The position numbers and the translations under genes were made by a program. Below the pieces are notes generated by a model, which saw nothing but the letters and a program-made list of their open reading frames with translations, was not told the origin of the DNA and ran no database searches. Shown here piece by piece: positions 50,665 to 61,992 of a stretch of DNA of 64,000 bases; the stretch's first letter is position 1, and every line of letters starts with the position of its first letter. This DNA is from an uncultured Verrucomicrobiae bacterium (GTDB lineage: Bacteria; Verrucomicrobiota; Verrucomicrobiia; Palsa-1439), in contig CAWEWF010000005.1 of the NCBI GenBank assembly GCA_963812605.1, positions 352,001-416,000 of the forward strand. The letters are read 5' to 3'.

Positions 50665-52119
50665 TCACCGATTGGCGAGAAAATCTTTCAACGCCCCTGC
50701 CATCTTCGGGCCGATGCCGGTGACCTGCGCAATTTCCTCGGCGGTCGCTTCGCGGAGACGCTGGATCGAACCGAAATGCTGTAGCAGCGCCAGCTTGCGT
50801 TTCGCGCCGAGACCGGAAAATTCATCGAGCACTGACTCCTGCACGCGACGTTTGCGCAGCTTCTGGTGATAGCTGTTGGCAAAACGGTGCGCCTCGTCGC
50901 GCAGGCGCTGAATCAGATGCAGGGCAGGGGAGTTGCGCGGCAGACGGATCGGCAACGTCTGGTCGGGCACATGGATTTCCTCCATCTGCTTGGCCAGGCC
51001 AATCACGCGAAGCTCGCGAATGTCCAGTTTCCACAAGGCATTCAACGCGGACATGAGTTGGCCTTTGCCGCCATCGACCATCACCAGATGCGGCAGCGAA
51101 CCGCCCTCCGCCCGCACCCGCGCGTAACGCCGTCCCACGACCTCCGCCATGGACGCAAAATCGTCGCTGCCTTCGACCGTCTTGATGCGGTAATGGCGAT
51201 AGTGTTCCTTGTGCGGCCGGCCATCCTGGAAACAAACGCTCGAAGCCACCGACAATGTGCCGCTGATGTTCGAGATATCAAAGCCTTCGATGTGCTGCGG
51301 CAAGGTAGGCAGGTTGAGCACGCGCTGCAGTTCTTCCATCTCGCTTTGCCATTCGATCTTGGGCGACAAATCGCGCGCGAACTTGCGTTCCCGCGACGCG
51401 CGCCCGATTTCGCGAATACTGGTGATCACATCGCGCAATTCGGCGGCCCGCTCGAATTTCCTCGCGCCCGCCGCAACGCGCATTTCTTCTTCGAGTTGAA
51501 GGACCGCTTCCTTGTTCCCTCCGTCGAGAAACACGCAGGCTTGATCGACGAGGCGCAAGTACTCTTCGTGCGGTATGTCCGCCAGCGGCACCGGCACAAG
51601 ATAGGTCGAGTACTTCAGGTCTTTCGCCTTGGGCGCCCCCGTGCCTTGCACCAAGACGCCGTACTTCTTGCGAATCCACTGCATCACCAGCCGCACCGCG
51701 CCGGCGTGCGCAAACGGCCCAAAATACCGCGCCCCATCGTCCTTCTTCAGCCGCGCAAATTTAAATCGCGGATACTCCTCGTTCAAGCTGACCTTCACCA
51801 TCAGGAACCGCTTGTCGTCCTTGAACATCGCATTGTAGCGCGGCTTGTATTCCTTAATGAGCTTACCTTCGAGCAACAGCGCCTCGGGTTCGCTCTTCAC
51901 CACCACCGTCTCGAAATCGGCAATCGACTCGATGAGAGCCCGGACCTTCGGGTCCCACCTTATCGCGCGCGACGGATGAAAGTACTGGCCGACCCGCTTG
52001 CGGAGCGAGCGCGCCTTGCCGACGTAGATGACGCGCCCCAGCTTGTCGCGCATCAAATAAACGCCCGGCTTGTTCGGCAGATCGCGAACCTTCGATTTAA
52101 GTTGTGGCCCTTCGCTCAT
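50665..52119 (-). CDS. uvrC: Excinuclease ABC subunit C
   Basis: PGVYLM..YVGKA GIY-YIG, FERAAELRD, FDIS, DGGKGQ, RDEAHRFA, HhH. Confidence 0.95.
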   Translation of the reverse strand: MSEGPQLKSKVRDLPNKPGVYLMRDKLGRVIYVGKARSLRKRVGQYFHPSRAIRWDPKVRALIESIADFETVVVKSEPEALLLEGKLIKEYKPRYNAMFKDDKRFLMVKVSLNEEYPRFKFARLKKDDGARYFGPFAHAGAVRLVMQWIRKKYGVLVQGTGAPKAKDLKYSTYLVPVPLADIPHEEYLRLVDQACVFLDGGNKEAVLQLEEEMRVAAGARKFERAAELRDVITSIREIGRASRERKFARDLSPKIEWQSEMEELQRVLNLPTLPQHIEGFDISNISGTLSVASSVCFQDGRPHKEHYRHYRIKTVEGSDDFASMAEVVGRRYARVRAEGGSLPHLVMVDGGKGQLMSALNALWKLDIRELRVIGLAKQMEEIHVPDQTLPIRLPRNSPALHLIQRLRDEAHRFANSYHQKLRKRRVQESVLDEFSGLGAKRKLALLQHFGSIQRLREATAEEIAQVTGIGPKMAGALKDFLANR

Positions 52120-52182
52120 CGATATGGAGAATAATAGCCGATTTGCACCAGAATTTGGAGTGCGGCAACTCATAACTCTCCG

Positions 52183-52206
52183 GTGGCACAGGCGTCCCTG
52201 CCTGTG
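52183..52206 (+). repeat. REP-like hairpin
   Basis: GTGGCACAGGCGTCCCTGCCTGTG; near-identical copy inside cca. Confidence 0.65.
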
Positions 52207-52217
52207 TGCGGATTGGA

Positions 52218-53829
52218 TCAACCACCCGCTTGCTTCGACCCGAATCGCAGCACCGCCAACGTTTCCCCCAGTTCAGTAACACGAAGCACCTTGCAGGACG
52301 CGCCGAAAACAACGACAGCGACCGCCATCGACACGAGCATGTCGAGGTATCGGTTGAATTCACAGAGATGATGCGTGCTGTAAGCCGCGGCAGTCATCAG
52401 CGCCGAGGCGACGACAAGCTTTCGCCAGCGAACGCAGCAGAGCGGACACCTCAAGGCGGCCGATTTTGCGACGCATCAGCGCCAGGAGCAGGAAAAAGTT
52501 GCAAAGCGCCACGCACGATGTCGAAAGCGCCAGCCCGGCCGTCTTCATCCCAAACGTAACGGCAAACAGGTAATCCGTGCCGGCGTTGACGACGACGGAA
52601 GCCATCGTCACGTACATCGGGGTGCGCGAATCCCCGAGCGCGTAGAACGTCGGCGCGATGATCTTGATGGCGGCGTAAGCCACGAGCCCCACCGCAAAGG
52701 CGCGCACACAATTCGCCGTTTGCGCCGTCGCGAACGCGTCGAACTTGCCGTGCTGGTAAATCGCCGCGATGATGGGCGTGGCCAGGACCCACATGCCGCA
52801 CGCCGCCGGCAAGCACAGGAAAAACGCCAGCCGGATCGAACGGGCCAGCGTCTTGCGGAATTCGACCATGTTCCCGCGTACTGCGTGGGCGCTCACCGTC
52901 GGCAGCGTGGCGACGCTGATGGCCACGCCGAATACGCCAATCGGGAATTGCATCAAACGAAACGCGCAATTCAGCCAGGTCACCGCGCCGCTCCCGTTCG
53001 CGCCCGACATTTGCGGCCAGGAAGCAAACCATTGGTCAACGAAGATGTTCACCTGGACGGCCGCCGTGCCGAGGACCGATGGGCCGAGCAATCGCAGGAC
53101 CTGGCGAAAGCCGGGATCGTGCCAATCGAGAATGGGCTCATAGCGATAGCCCACCTTCCGCAGGCTCGGGACCTGGATGATCCATTGCAGCGCGCCGCCG
53201 ATGAGCGTGCCGATGCTCATGCCCACCATGGCGCGGCCCGCCAGCGCCGGGTTGTGCAGGAATCCCGGCGCCAGCAGAAACGCGAAGGCCAGGCCGCCGA
53301 CGATCGAGCCAATATTAAACATCATCGACGCGCTGGCGGGCACTCCAAAGCGATGTTTCGCGTTGAGCATCCCCATCGCGAGCGCCGCGAGCGCGACCAT
53401 GAGCAGGAACGGGAACATGATCCGGGTCAACGTCGTGGTAAGTTCCACTTTGCCCGGAATCTCGGTGAACCCCGGCGCAATCATGCGCACGAGCCAGGGA
53501 GAAATGATAACCCCAATCAGCGTGGTCATCGCGAGCACGAGAATCAGCGCATTGAGGACGAGATTCGCCAGACGCCACGCCGATTTGTCGCCTTCCGCCG
53601 AGAGCTTCTGCGAGAATGTGGTCACGAAAGCGGCCGACAACGCGCCTTCGGCGAACAGGTCGCGCAGCAGATTCGGGATGCGGAAGGCGGTGACGAACGC
53701 GTCGAACTCGCGATTGGCGCCGAAAAGCGCGGCCAGCACCTGCTCGCGGACAAGCCCGAGCACACGGCTACAGAGGACCGCAAGGCTGACCGTGCGCGCC
53801 GAGCGGGCGACGTTGTGCTCTTCGCTCAT
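52218..53829 (-). CDS. murJ: Lipid II flippase MurJ (frameshift near 52420)
   Basis: SRVLGLVRE, AFRIPNLLRDLFAEGALS, RLMQFPIGVFG, FYALGD. Confidence 0.92.
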
Positions 53830-54942
53830 GCTGGCGCCGGGTCGCGCTCCTCGACGCCGAGTTGTTTCAGCACGGCCTTGACGACTTCATCCACCTGGAC
53901 GCCCGTCATGCAACGAAAATCGATCGGGCATTCACGCAGAAAACAAGGACTGCATTCGACAGGCTGGCGAATCACCACGCTGCGGGAAGAGAGCGGTCCG
54001 GTGAGTTCGGGCGACGTCGATCCCCAGATGCTGATCACCGATGTGCCGATGGCGGCGGCGATATGCATCGGGCCCGTATCGTTTGTCAGGAGCAGCTTGC
54101 AGAACCGGAGCAGGGCGCACAAATCCAGCAGCGTGGTCTCGCCCGCGACGTTGATGATGGAACTGTCTCCCAACCCCGCGTCGCGAAGTTTCGCTTCGAT
54201 CTGGCAGGCGATCTCGGTATCGCGCGGCCCGCCCAGGATCAGCCAGCGGGTATTGGCGTGATAGGAGACCTTGATTGCAGTCTCGGCAAAGCGCTCGGCC
54301 GGCCAGCGTTTCGCGGGGCCATATTCCGCGCCGGCGTTGATGGCGATGACGGGGCGACCGTCGTCTCGCAGGAATTTATTGAGCGGCGGCATCTCTTCCA
54401 GGGCAAGATAGATTCGGGGAGGAACCGGTTGGCTGTTGCCGCCAAGGCGCGAGATGATATCAAGATATTGCTCGGCCTGGTGCCGCGACGAAGGAAAGAC
54501 CTTTACTTGAAACGTTTTGTCCGGCGACGGTCTTGTTTTGGTAAATGGCACGCTCCCCGGGCGGCTGACCGACAACATCAGTCAGGAGGAAGCGGCGCCA
54601 GTGCCCGGCAAAGCCGACCCGGCGGGGAATTCCAGCGAGCCGGCATTCCCACGCCGACCGAAAGGAATTCGGAAAGATGACGGCCAGGTCGAATGCGCCT
54701 TCGCGAAGGACGCGCACATCGGGCCGGTCCCCGAAGGGAATGACCTCATTGATGAACGGATTGTGCCGCCAGAGGTCCGTCAGCTTGCCGGGGCAGAGCA
54801 GGGCAATATGGGCGTCCGGCGCCAGTTCGCGCAGGCGCTGGACGGCAGGCATGGTCATCACCGAGTCGCCGATCCAGTTGGTCGCGCGAATCAGGATGCG
54901 CGTCCCGCCGTTATCGGTGGCAGATCCTGGCGACTGCGTCAT
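53826..54942 (-). CDS. waaF: LPS heptosyltransferase II, GT9 (frameshift near 54518)
   Basis: NWIGDSVM, PNSFRSA, GAEYGPAKRWP, NDTGPMHIAAA. Confidence 0.88.
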
Positions 54943-56071
54943 CAAAGTCCTTTGCGCCGGAGATGATGCGGATTTCCACCCGCAAGTAGTAAATGGGAAT
55001 GTCGCGGCGGTCAATCTTTGGAAAACGGACCGCGTCCTTTTCCGTCGTGAGAATGGCATCCGCGCCGCGTTTGAGGCTGCGGTTGATCATATTGATGATC
55101 TCCTGCTGCGAGTAGCGATGGTGGTCCGCGTAACGTTTGGCGTAAATGACCTCCGCGCCCAGCCCGCGCAGCCCATCCTCGAAGCTTTCCGGCACGGCGA
55201 TACCGGAAATGGCGGCGACTTGCAGCCCTTGCAGCGTTTCCAACGGATGACGCACGCCGGTGAAGACATCCTGCAAGTAGAGCGGCTGGTGCGAGCACTC
55301 GATGATTTCGGCCTTCTCATTGAACTGGCGGATGGCCTTGCGCAGTTTTTTTGCGCCGAGCTCGCTCGATTTGGTGATGAAGATGTAATCGGCGCGCTTG
55401 AGATTGGCGATGGGTTCCCGCAAGGTGCCCCGGGGCAGGAGATAATGATTCCCGAAAGGGTCATTGCGGTCGATCAGGCAGATGTCGAGGCGGCTCTTGA
55501 GCGCCAGATACTGGAAGCCGTCGTCGAGCAAAAGCGTGTCGCACCCAAACTTGGAGATGGCGTAGCGCCCGCTCTTGACGCGGTCCTTGTCGACGAGGAC
55601 GACAACATCCTTGAGATTGGACGCCAGCATGTACGGCTCGTCGCCCGCCTGGCCGCTATCGAGCAGCAACGACCGGCCGTCGGACACGATCTTGGGCGGG
55701 ACCCGGTCCTCTTGAAAGGTGACCTTGGCGACGATCCGTTGCCAGAGCGGGCGCGGCGTGCTCTTGTAACCTCGCGAAAGAATGGCGACGCGACGCCCGC
55801 GTTGCTGCAGCGCCCGGGCGAAGACCTCCACCACGGGCGTCTTGCCGGTGCCGCCGACGCTGAGGTTGCCGATGCTGACAACCTGGCAGCCGAGAGTATG
55901 GTCGCGGAAGATGCGATGCTGCCAGAGATACAAACGGGCTTGAATGGCCACTTCGTAGACCTTGGACAACCCCAGCAGCGCCGCGCTCGTGAGCCGCGCA
56001 GGCCAGTCACGGCGCCGTTCGAAGATGACGTCGAGCACATACTGCTCGACGTTTTCAGTCCATTGCCACAT
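54911..56071 (-). CDS. lpxK: Tetraacyldisaccharide 4'-kinase
   Basis: [38 protein letters not shown]. Confidence 0.95.
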   Translation of the reverse strand: MWQWTENVEQYVLDVIFERRRDWPARLTSAALLGLSKVYEVAIQARLYLWQHRIFRDHTLGCQVVSIGNLSVGGTGKTPVVEVFARALQQRGRRVAILSRGYKSTPRPLWQRIVAKVTFQEDRVPPKIVSDGRSLLLDSGQAGDEPYMLASNLKDVVVLVDKDRVKSGRYAISKFGCDTLLLDDGFQYLALKSRLDICLIDRNDPFGNHYLLPRGTLREPIANLKRADYIFITKSSELGAKKLRKAIRQFNEKAEIIECSHQPLYLQDVFTGVRHPLETLQGLQVAAISGIAVPESFEDGLRGLGAEVIYAKRYADHHRYSQQEIINMINRSLKRGADAILTTEKDAVRFPKIDRRDIPIYYLRVEIRIISGAKDFDDAVARICHR

Positions 56072-56176
56072 GTCCAATGTATAGTGCCGCAGCGTGGGAT
56101 GAGGGTCAAGCCAGCCGCGGGCTCCATGACGACTTGATCAACTCTTCCCAGACGAAAAAGCCCGTGCGCGGCGGAT

Positions 56177-56914
56177 CTACTTCCGGCGCTTGAGGAACAT
56201 CAAGGTCGCGAGACCGGCGAAAGAAAGGAGCAGGGTGCTCGGCTCGGGAATTTGCGAAAAAGTTTGGTCGATGATCGAGATCAGCGCCATGTTTTGACCG
56301 CCAGCCGCACCACCACCGAAAATAATGTCTTTTTGAATATAAATCTTCTGCATCGGAGTCGGGAGGTCGGCAGACGCAGTAAGTTGCTGATTGCTGCCGC
56401 CCAGCAGATTAAAAACATCGATCTGTTTGACCAATACGCCGCCGAAGCCGCCGGTAAAGACATCCTCGGTCACCGACGAGAAGCCCGCGCCAAAGACCAG
56501 CCCATCGTAGTCCAGATGAACGTCCGAAATCAGCTGGCTCGAATTGGTCACGGTGACGGAGAAACGAACCACGGCATCTTCCGTGATGTTGCCGATGGCT
56601 GTCATGGCGCCCGTGAACGAAATGCCAAACCCGAACAGGTTCGAGAGCGCCGTCAACTCCAGATCGTCGCCTGTAAACAAGTTCGTGTTGCCGCTCACGA
56701 CCGAGAACTCCCCAAAAACCTTGTCGCCGATCTGCACGGACGACACATTGTTGCTCAGGAGTAACGACAGACCGATGGATTGGCCGGGATTAAGATTGGT
56801 GACTTGAGAATCACCCAGGCAGGCGGAATTGTTTCCCAGAAAAACCGCAGCGGCCACCACGCAGACACACAACCCCCCCGAAAACGACAAATGACGTCCC
56901 CATCCCCTTAGCAT
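56177..56914 (-). CDS. PEP-CTERM sorting domain protein
   Basis: GGAGGAGG RBS, signal peptide, C-terminal IPEPST, TM helix and KRRK. Confidence 0.88.
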   Translation of the reverse strand: MLRGWGRHLSFSGGLCVCVVAAAVFLGNNSACLGDSQVTNLNPGQSIGLSLLLSNNVSSVQIGDKVFGEFSVVSGNTNLFTGDDLELTALSNLFGFGISFTGAMTAIGNITEDAVVRFSVTVTNSSQLISDVHLDYDGLVFGAGFSSVTEDVFTGGFGGVLVKQIDVFNLLGGSNQQLTASADLPTPMQKIYIQKDIIFGGGAAGGQNMALISIIDQTFSQIPEPSTLLLSFAGLATLMFLKRRK

Positions 56915-57095
56915 TTGACTTCCTCCTCCTTGTACGCCCCAACTTCTTTGACTGACCTCGCCCACACCACCAGCAGTCAAATGCTCTACCGCCGCGCACT
57001 GTAGACGAATGATGGGTTGTGTGTCAAGCAGCACCTCGATGGCTTGAGGTGGCCGGCTCTAAGGCTCTCTGGCTTAGGAGAATGGCCGGAATGCG

Positions 57096-59249
57096 TCAGG
57101 AAGGGAATGGTCGCGCATCGGAAACGACGCGAAAGTCGATCTGGCGCTTAAGAACATCGACGCGCGCCACTTGTACGCGGACCTTGTCCCCGATCTGGAT
57201 CGCCCGTTTGGTGCGTCGTCCGACCAGTCGCTCCAGCCGCTCGTCGTATTGGTAGAAATCGTCCTCCAGCGTGGAGATATGGACGAGACCCTGGACGAGA
57301 CTCTCTGGCAGTTCAACGAAGATCCCGAAATTCCGCACGGTGCACACGACCGCATCCATGACCGCCAATTTGCCCCGCGCCAATTGCTGCTGGAAATACT
57401 CCAGCTTCTTCAATTCAACCGACTCTTCCTCCGCCTCGGCCGCCACGCGTTCCGTCTGCGAGATGTGCTCGGCGGCGCGGGTCAACTCCTGGAGACTGTA
57501 GCGTCGGGGCGCGGTCTTTCCCTTCGCCAGCAACGTCAGCAGCGTGCGATGAACGATCAGGTCGGCATACCTTCGGATCGGCGAGGTAAAGTGGGTGTAA
57601 AATTTCTTGGCGAGTCCGAAGTGGCCCACGGGAACGGGCGAGTAACGGGCCCGCTTGAGCGAACGCAACAGCGCCAGGTTGATCGCGTATTCTTCCGGTT
57701 TGCCTTCGACCTGCTTCAGGAGTTTTTGCAATTCCTGGCGATGCGCCACATCGCCGACTTTGTAACCAAAACTCTGCGCGTAGCGCCGAAAGTCCCGCAA
57801 CTTTTCCAGGTCGGGGTCGTCGTGGATCCGGTAGATGCACGGGATCTGCAACTGGCAGATGTGCTTGGCGACCGCCTCGTTCGCTGCCAGCATGAACTCC
57901 TCAACAAGTTGATGCGAGATGTCATAGTAGATCTTCTCGATATGCGTCGGTTTGCCTTGCTTGTCGAGACGAACCTTGACTTCGGGGAACTCCAAATTGA
58001 GCGAACCGCGCTCGAAACGCTGCTGTCGCAGGCGCGAAGCCAGCCGCCACATCTTTTTCAGCTCGCGGGTGAGTTCCTCGCGCTCATCGCGCGATTGCAG
58101 GCGCGCAAACGCTTCCTTGTACGTCAGCCGGTGCCGGGAACGGATGACGCTGAGCGCGAACTCCATCTTGCGGACCACCATTTTGGGCGTGAATTCGATG
58201 AACACCGACTGCGTGAGGCGGTCTTCGTCGGGCCGCAAGCTGCACAGGTTATTCGAAAGCTTCTCGGGCAACATGGGCAGGACGCGATCCACAAGATAAA
58301 CGCTGTTGCCGCGCGCGTGGGCCTCGCGGTCGAGCGGGCCGTCGGGCTGGACGTAGTGCGAGACGTTGGCGATGTGCACCCCAAGGCGCCAACCGCCACC
58401 GGCCAACTCGTCCACATTCACCGCGTCGTCAAAATCCTTCGCGTCATCGGGATCGATGGTGACGATGAATTTCCCGCGCAGGTCGAGCCGCTGCCCATAT
58501 TCCGCCGCGCCGATTTTTTCCGGGATGCGTCCGACTTCCGCGAGGGTCTGTTCCGAGAAGCCGATCGCCAGGCGATGTTTGCGAATGATGGCCATGATAT
58601 CCACGCCCGGCGCATCGGATTTGCCAAGCACCTCGACGATTTCGCCCTCGGGGCTCGTGTGGCGCGACTTCCATTCAAGCAGCTTGACGACAACCTTGTC
58701 ACCCACCTGCGCGTTGAGCGCGGGCCGGGTATAAACGTCATGCGGCATGCGCGGGTCATCCGGGATGACATAGTGAACGTGCTGGCCTTTCTGCAGGGTG
58801 CCCACAACAATTTCGCTCGCGCGCTCGAGGATACGAATCACCACGCCGGCGGGTTTGTCGGCCGCCTTGAATTTCCGCCGGTCGCGATGCAATCGGACGA
58901 CCACCTTGTCTTCATGCAACGCAACCCCGGTATCTTCTCCCGCAACGTAGATGTCGGGCCTCGGCTCGGTGGGGGTCGTTGTTTCCGGGGGCGGTTCAGG
59001 TCGCAAAAAGGCAAAACCCTTCTCATTAAACTCGATTCGTCCGACGACCAAATCGGCGTCGTGTGGCAGGACAAACCGATCGGTGCGAACGCGGACGACT
59101 TCGCCTTTGTCCAGCATCTCGGCCAGGACCCGGCGAAAGTCGCGGCGCTCGGTGGCATTCAGGCGGAGTTTTTTGGCCAGATCGTCGCGGCGGAGCGGAT
59201 GATAATTCGGGGTGGCGAGAAGCGTCTGGATTTTCTGGCGGATGTCCAT
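57096..59249 (-). CDS. rnr: Ribonuclease R
   Basis: TIDPDDAKDFDDA, EEFMLAAN, HFTSPIRRYADL, S1 domain. Confidence 0.95.
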   Translation of the reverse strand: MDIRQKIQTLLATPNYHPLRRDDLAKKLRLNATERRDFRRVLAEMLDKGEVVRVRTDRFVLPHDADLVVGRIEFNEKGFAFLRPEPPPETTTPTEPRPDIYVAGEDTGVALHEDKVVVRLHRDRRKFKAADKPAGVVIRILERASEIVVGTLQKGQHVHYVIPDDPRMPHDVYTRPALNAQVGDKVVVKLLEWKSRHTSPEGEIVEVLGKSDAPGVDIMAIIRKHRLAIGFSEQTLAEVGRIPEKIGAAEYGQRLDLRGKFIVTIDPDDAKDFDDAVNVDELAGGGWRLGVHIANVSHYVQPDGPLDREAHARGNSVYLVDRVLPMLPEKLSNNLCSLRPDEDRLTQSVFIEFTPKMVVRKMEFALSVIRSRHRLTYKEAFARLQSRDEREELTRELKKMWRLASRLRQQRFERGSLNLEFPEVKVRLDKQGKPTHIEKIYYDISHQLVEEFMLAANEAVAKHICQLQIPCIYRIHDDPDLEKLRDFRRYAQSFGYKVGDVAHRQELQKLLKQVEGKPEEYAINLALLRSLKRARYSPVPVGHFGLAKKFYTHFTSPIRRYADLIVHRTLLTLLAKGKTAPRRYSLQELTRAAEHISQTERVAAEAEEESVELKKLEYFQQQLARGKLAVMDAVVCTVRNFGIFVELPESLVQGLVHISTLEDDFYQYDERLERLVGRRTKRAIQIGDKVRVQVARVDVLKRQIDFRVVSDARPFPS

Positions 59250-59290
59250 TAGAGTGCGCGGCACGTTAGCATGGGCCGATAGGCCCACCA

Positions 59291-60763
59291 ATGAAAAAGT
59301 TTCTCTTCAAGCTCGCGTTTCTGGCGTTGTTCCTTGCGCTTGGCTTTCTTGCCTGGCGCAATTTCGTGTTGGAGCGAACGGTGAACGACCTGCGGGGCGA
59401 GATCACGCAACTCGAGAAGGAGCGGCGAGACTTGCAGGGCAAGGTTGCCGCCGCGCAGCGCGCCCCAAAACCGGAAGAGCAGGTCGGAGATCGCCAGCAG
59501 ATCGAGCAACAAACCAGTGAATTGCGCGGCCTGCCGTTCAAGAACCCGGTGAATTACAAAATCATCGACCGCGCGGAATTGCGCCGCGTGCTCGTGGGCA
59601 AGGTGAAGGAACAGTATACCGAGCAGGAAATGCGCGATTACAGTCGGACGCTGGCGGCGGTTGGATTGATTCCCGAAGGCACGGACCTGCTTAGCGTCTT
59701 GGTGAGCCTTTACAACGAGCAGGTGGCGGCTTTCTACGTTCCCGAGGAGCACGCGCTCTACACGTTCAAGGACCTCGTCTTCTCCAGCAATCTCGACAAG
59801 ATGTTGCTTTCGCATGAACTCACGCACGCATTACAAGACCAAAACTTCGACTTGCTCAAGTACCCGCTCAAGGTGAAAACCAACGACGACCTTGCGCTGG
59901 CCACTTCCGCGCTCGTCGAAGGCGACGCCACGGTGCTGATGACACGTTGGTACGTGGAGAACGTCGATCCGGGCAAAATGTTGGGCGATCTCGGGGCGAT
60001 GTTCAGTCAGAACACGGCCAAGCTGCGCGAAGCCCCCGCGTACTTGCGCGAGTTGCTGATGTTCCCCTACCAGGAGGGCCAGCAATTCGCGACGGCGCTG
60101 TATAGCACCGGTGGCACGGCGGCCATCGACGCGGCGTTTCGCGACCCTCCAACGACCACGAAGGACATCCTGCATCCCGACAGGTTTTTGCACCAACGCG
60201 CTACGCCGGAACATCTGGATCTTCCCAGGCTCGAAGCCGGGGATTGGCGTTTGATCGGCAATAATACCCTCGGCGAGTTCGGCACACGCTTCGTCCTGCA
60301 GCAGGACATGGGAATCTACGAGGCGCATGTTCTGGGGGAAGGGTGGAACGGCGATCGTTATCAGGTTTACGAGCGGGGCACGAACGGGCCGACCGCGCTC
60401 GTGTGGGTGACCGCCTGGGAAACCGAGCGGCAAGCCACCGAGTTCGCCGGGGCCTACAAAAAGGTGGTTGAGAAACGAGCCTCGACTCCCACTCCAACCC
60501 TGCGCATTCACCGCGACGGCAAACACGTCACAGTCATCCAATCACCCGACCCCGCCTTCGTCGATTTGTGGGAATCAGCCCATGTCGCCATTATCAAGGG
60601 AGCACTGTCACCATCGGACGAGAGGCCTTCGTCGATTTGCAGGAATCAGCCCATGTCGCCGGCAAGACCAACTAACGCCGGCACTCTGAAGATTGGGCGT
60701 GCTGCCAGGCTTTATCTTCGCGCAGATGGTTTTCGAGTTCATCCAACGGCACGGGAGTCTTGA
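59291..60763 (+). CDS. Membrane-anchored putative zincin (HEXXH) protein; C-terminus probably extended by a local duplication
   Basis: N-terminal TM helix and coiled coil; HELTHALQDQ, EGDA, FPY..G, GWNGD. Confidence 0.7.
   Translation: MKKFLFKLAFLALFLALGFLAWRNFVLERTVNDLRGEITQLEKERRDLQGKVAAAQRAPKPEEQVGDRQQIEQQTSELRGLPFKNPVNYKIIDRAELRRVLVGKVKEQYTEQEMRDYSRTLAAVGLIPEGTDLLSVLVSLYNEQVAAFYVPEEHALYTFKDLVFSSNLDKMLLSHELTHALQDQNFDLLKYPLKVKTNDDLALATSALVEGDATVLMTRWYVENVDPGKMLGDLGAMFSQNTAKLREAPAYLRELLMFPYQEGQQFATALYSTGGTAAIDAAFRDPPTTTKDILHPDRFLHQRATPEHLDLPRLEAGDWRLIGNNTLGEFGTRFVLQQDMGIYEAHVLGEGWNGDRYQVYERGTNGPTALVWVTAWETERQATEFAGAYKKVVEKRASTPTPTLRIHRDGKHVTVIQSPDPAFVDLWESAHVAIIKGALSPSDERPSSICRNQPMSPARPTNAGTLKIGRAARLYLRADGFRVHPTARES
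60554..60660 (+). repeat. Two 36-bp direct repeats (34/36 identical) separated by 35 bp
   Basis: GCCTTCGTCGATTTG(TG/CA)GGAATCAGCCCATGTCGCC at 60554-60589 and 60625-60660. Confidence 0.8.
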
Positions 60764-60818
60764 TCCCAGCGGCCAGCATCTGCCGCCATTCTGAAATTGC
60801 CTGGTCGAGGTTGAACAT
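60672..60818 (-). pseudogene. Truncated paralog of the permease-prefix-domain gene
   Basis: MFNLDQAISEWRQMLAAGIKTPVPLDELENHLRED matches the N-terminus of 60829-61551. Confidence 0.75.
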
Positions 60819-60828
60819 ATCGCGATGT

Positions 60829-61551
60829 CTATCTGGCATGATGCAGCAGGACCGGCGCGGCGACGAGCGCCGAAATAACCATCATGGTAATTGAAATGAG
60901 AACTGTGGCGTTGAGCAGAAAGGCTCCAATGCCGATGGCCGCCCGGCGATAGCGTGGCCACTGGCTGGAGCGCCACTCCAACAGAATGAACGTCAAAATG
61001 ATTGCGCCAGTGATGAGTACACCGTATCGCGTCAGCAACAGCATGGACCGGCCAACGACGGCGGTGGTTCTAAAGACAGCGGGAGCGCCGGAAAAATCAA
61101 AAAGAGAAGTACCCGCCAGTTGGCAGATTTCCGTAAGTTTCGGGAGTAAAAAAATGGCTGAGAATACCCAGAAAAATGCCGCCGGAATAGTGAAGGCCGC
61201 CGCTTTGAGGTAGGTGACCCAGGCCGGTTCGATGTTTGCGTTTGGATGAGATGTATTCATATTGGTGGCTAGTTGGGAGTTGGGTATTGCGGCGAAAGTG
61301 AAGACAAGATCTTTCACCTGCTTGTGGATCGTTCCGCCGACTTTCGTGAATTCACTTTTCAAAACGCTGGCTTGGCCAATTCTTTGGATTGCACATTCAA
61401 ATGCTTGCTGTGCCTTCACACCGGATTGAATTTGCCGTTCGATGTCCTCACGCAGATGATTCTCGAGTTCCTCCAACGGCACGGGAGTTTTGATCCCGGC
61501 GTCCAGCATCCGTTGCCGCCATTCTGTGATTGATTGCTCAAGGTTAAACAT
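60829..61551 (-). CDS. Permease prefix domain 1 membrane protein
   Basis: ELENHLRE..AIQRIG..L..EF motif plus TM helices; follows PadR. Confidence 0.75.
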   Translation of the reverse strand: MFNLEQSITEWRQRMLDAGIKTPVPLEELENHLREDIERQIQSGVKAQQAFECAIQRIGQASVLKSEFTKVGGTIHKQVKDLVFTFAAIPNSQLATNMNTSHPNANIEPAWVTYLKAAAFTIPAAFFWVFSAIFLLPKLTEICQLAGTSLFDFSGAPAVFRTTAVVGRSMLLLTRYGVLITGAIILTFILLEWRSSQWPRYRRAAIGIGAFLLNATVLISITMMVISALVAAPVLLHHAR

Positions 61552-61873
61552 AATTGTCTCCCCACAGGCCGGTCAGAACCGAATGGACTTTCATCCACTG
61601 TTCGCGCTGTTCGTCCAGCGCGCGTTTTCCGTCCTTCTTGAGCGAGTAATACTTCCGCTTCCGCCCGTTCTCCATTTCCACCCAGCGGGACTTGATCCAG
61701 CCGTTGTTCTCCATCCGATGCAGGACGGGGTACAGCATCCCGTCCGTCCATTGGATGTCTTCCTGGGAGCGCGCCTTGAGGTCCTGGATGATCGCGTAAC
61801 CGTAGCTCTCCCCCCGTGAGAGCAGCGACAAAATGAGCGGCTCCGCCGAGGCCGCGACGAGTTCCTTCTTCAT
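61544..61873 (-). CDS. PadR-family transcriptional regulator
   Basis: ILSLL..SYGYAI..GMLYPVLHRME..RKYY. Confidence 0.92.
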   Translation of the reverse strand: MKKELVAASAEPLILSLLSRGESYGYAIIQDLKARSQEDIQWTDGMLYPVLHRMENNGWIKSRWVEMENGRKRKYYSLKKDGKRALDEQREQWMKVHSVLTGLWGDNYV

Positions 61874-61882
61874 TGTGGGAGT

Positions 61883-61911
61883 AATATGCATAGCCACGCT
61901 ATGTATGTCAA
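61883..61911 (-). promoter_or_regulatory. padR promoter with palindromic operator in the spacer
   Basis: TTGACA-17-CATATT; CATAGC-N3-GCTATG at 61889-61903. Confidence 0.65.
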
Positions 61912-61992
61912 GGGTAAAGTAAACACCACGTTTTCCACTGATTGACCAACGCCGGGCGCTGGGCTATGCTGGTCGGGCTCTGAGGATGGCGA

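Noticed and set aside
57171-59252. 693-aa ORF antisense to rnr, and similar long antisense ORFs (50866-52134, 52720-54261, 54677-56137, 11655-12971)
   Set aside because: Shadow ORFs of high-GC genes with no recognisable motifs
60554-60660. CRISPR array (36-bp repeat, 35-bp spacer)
   Set aside because: Only two repeats, inside a coding frame, with no leader and no cas genes; a local duplication is more likely
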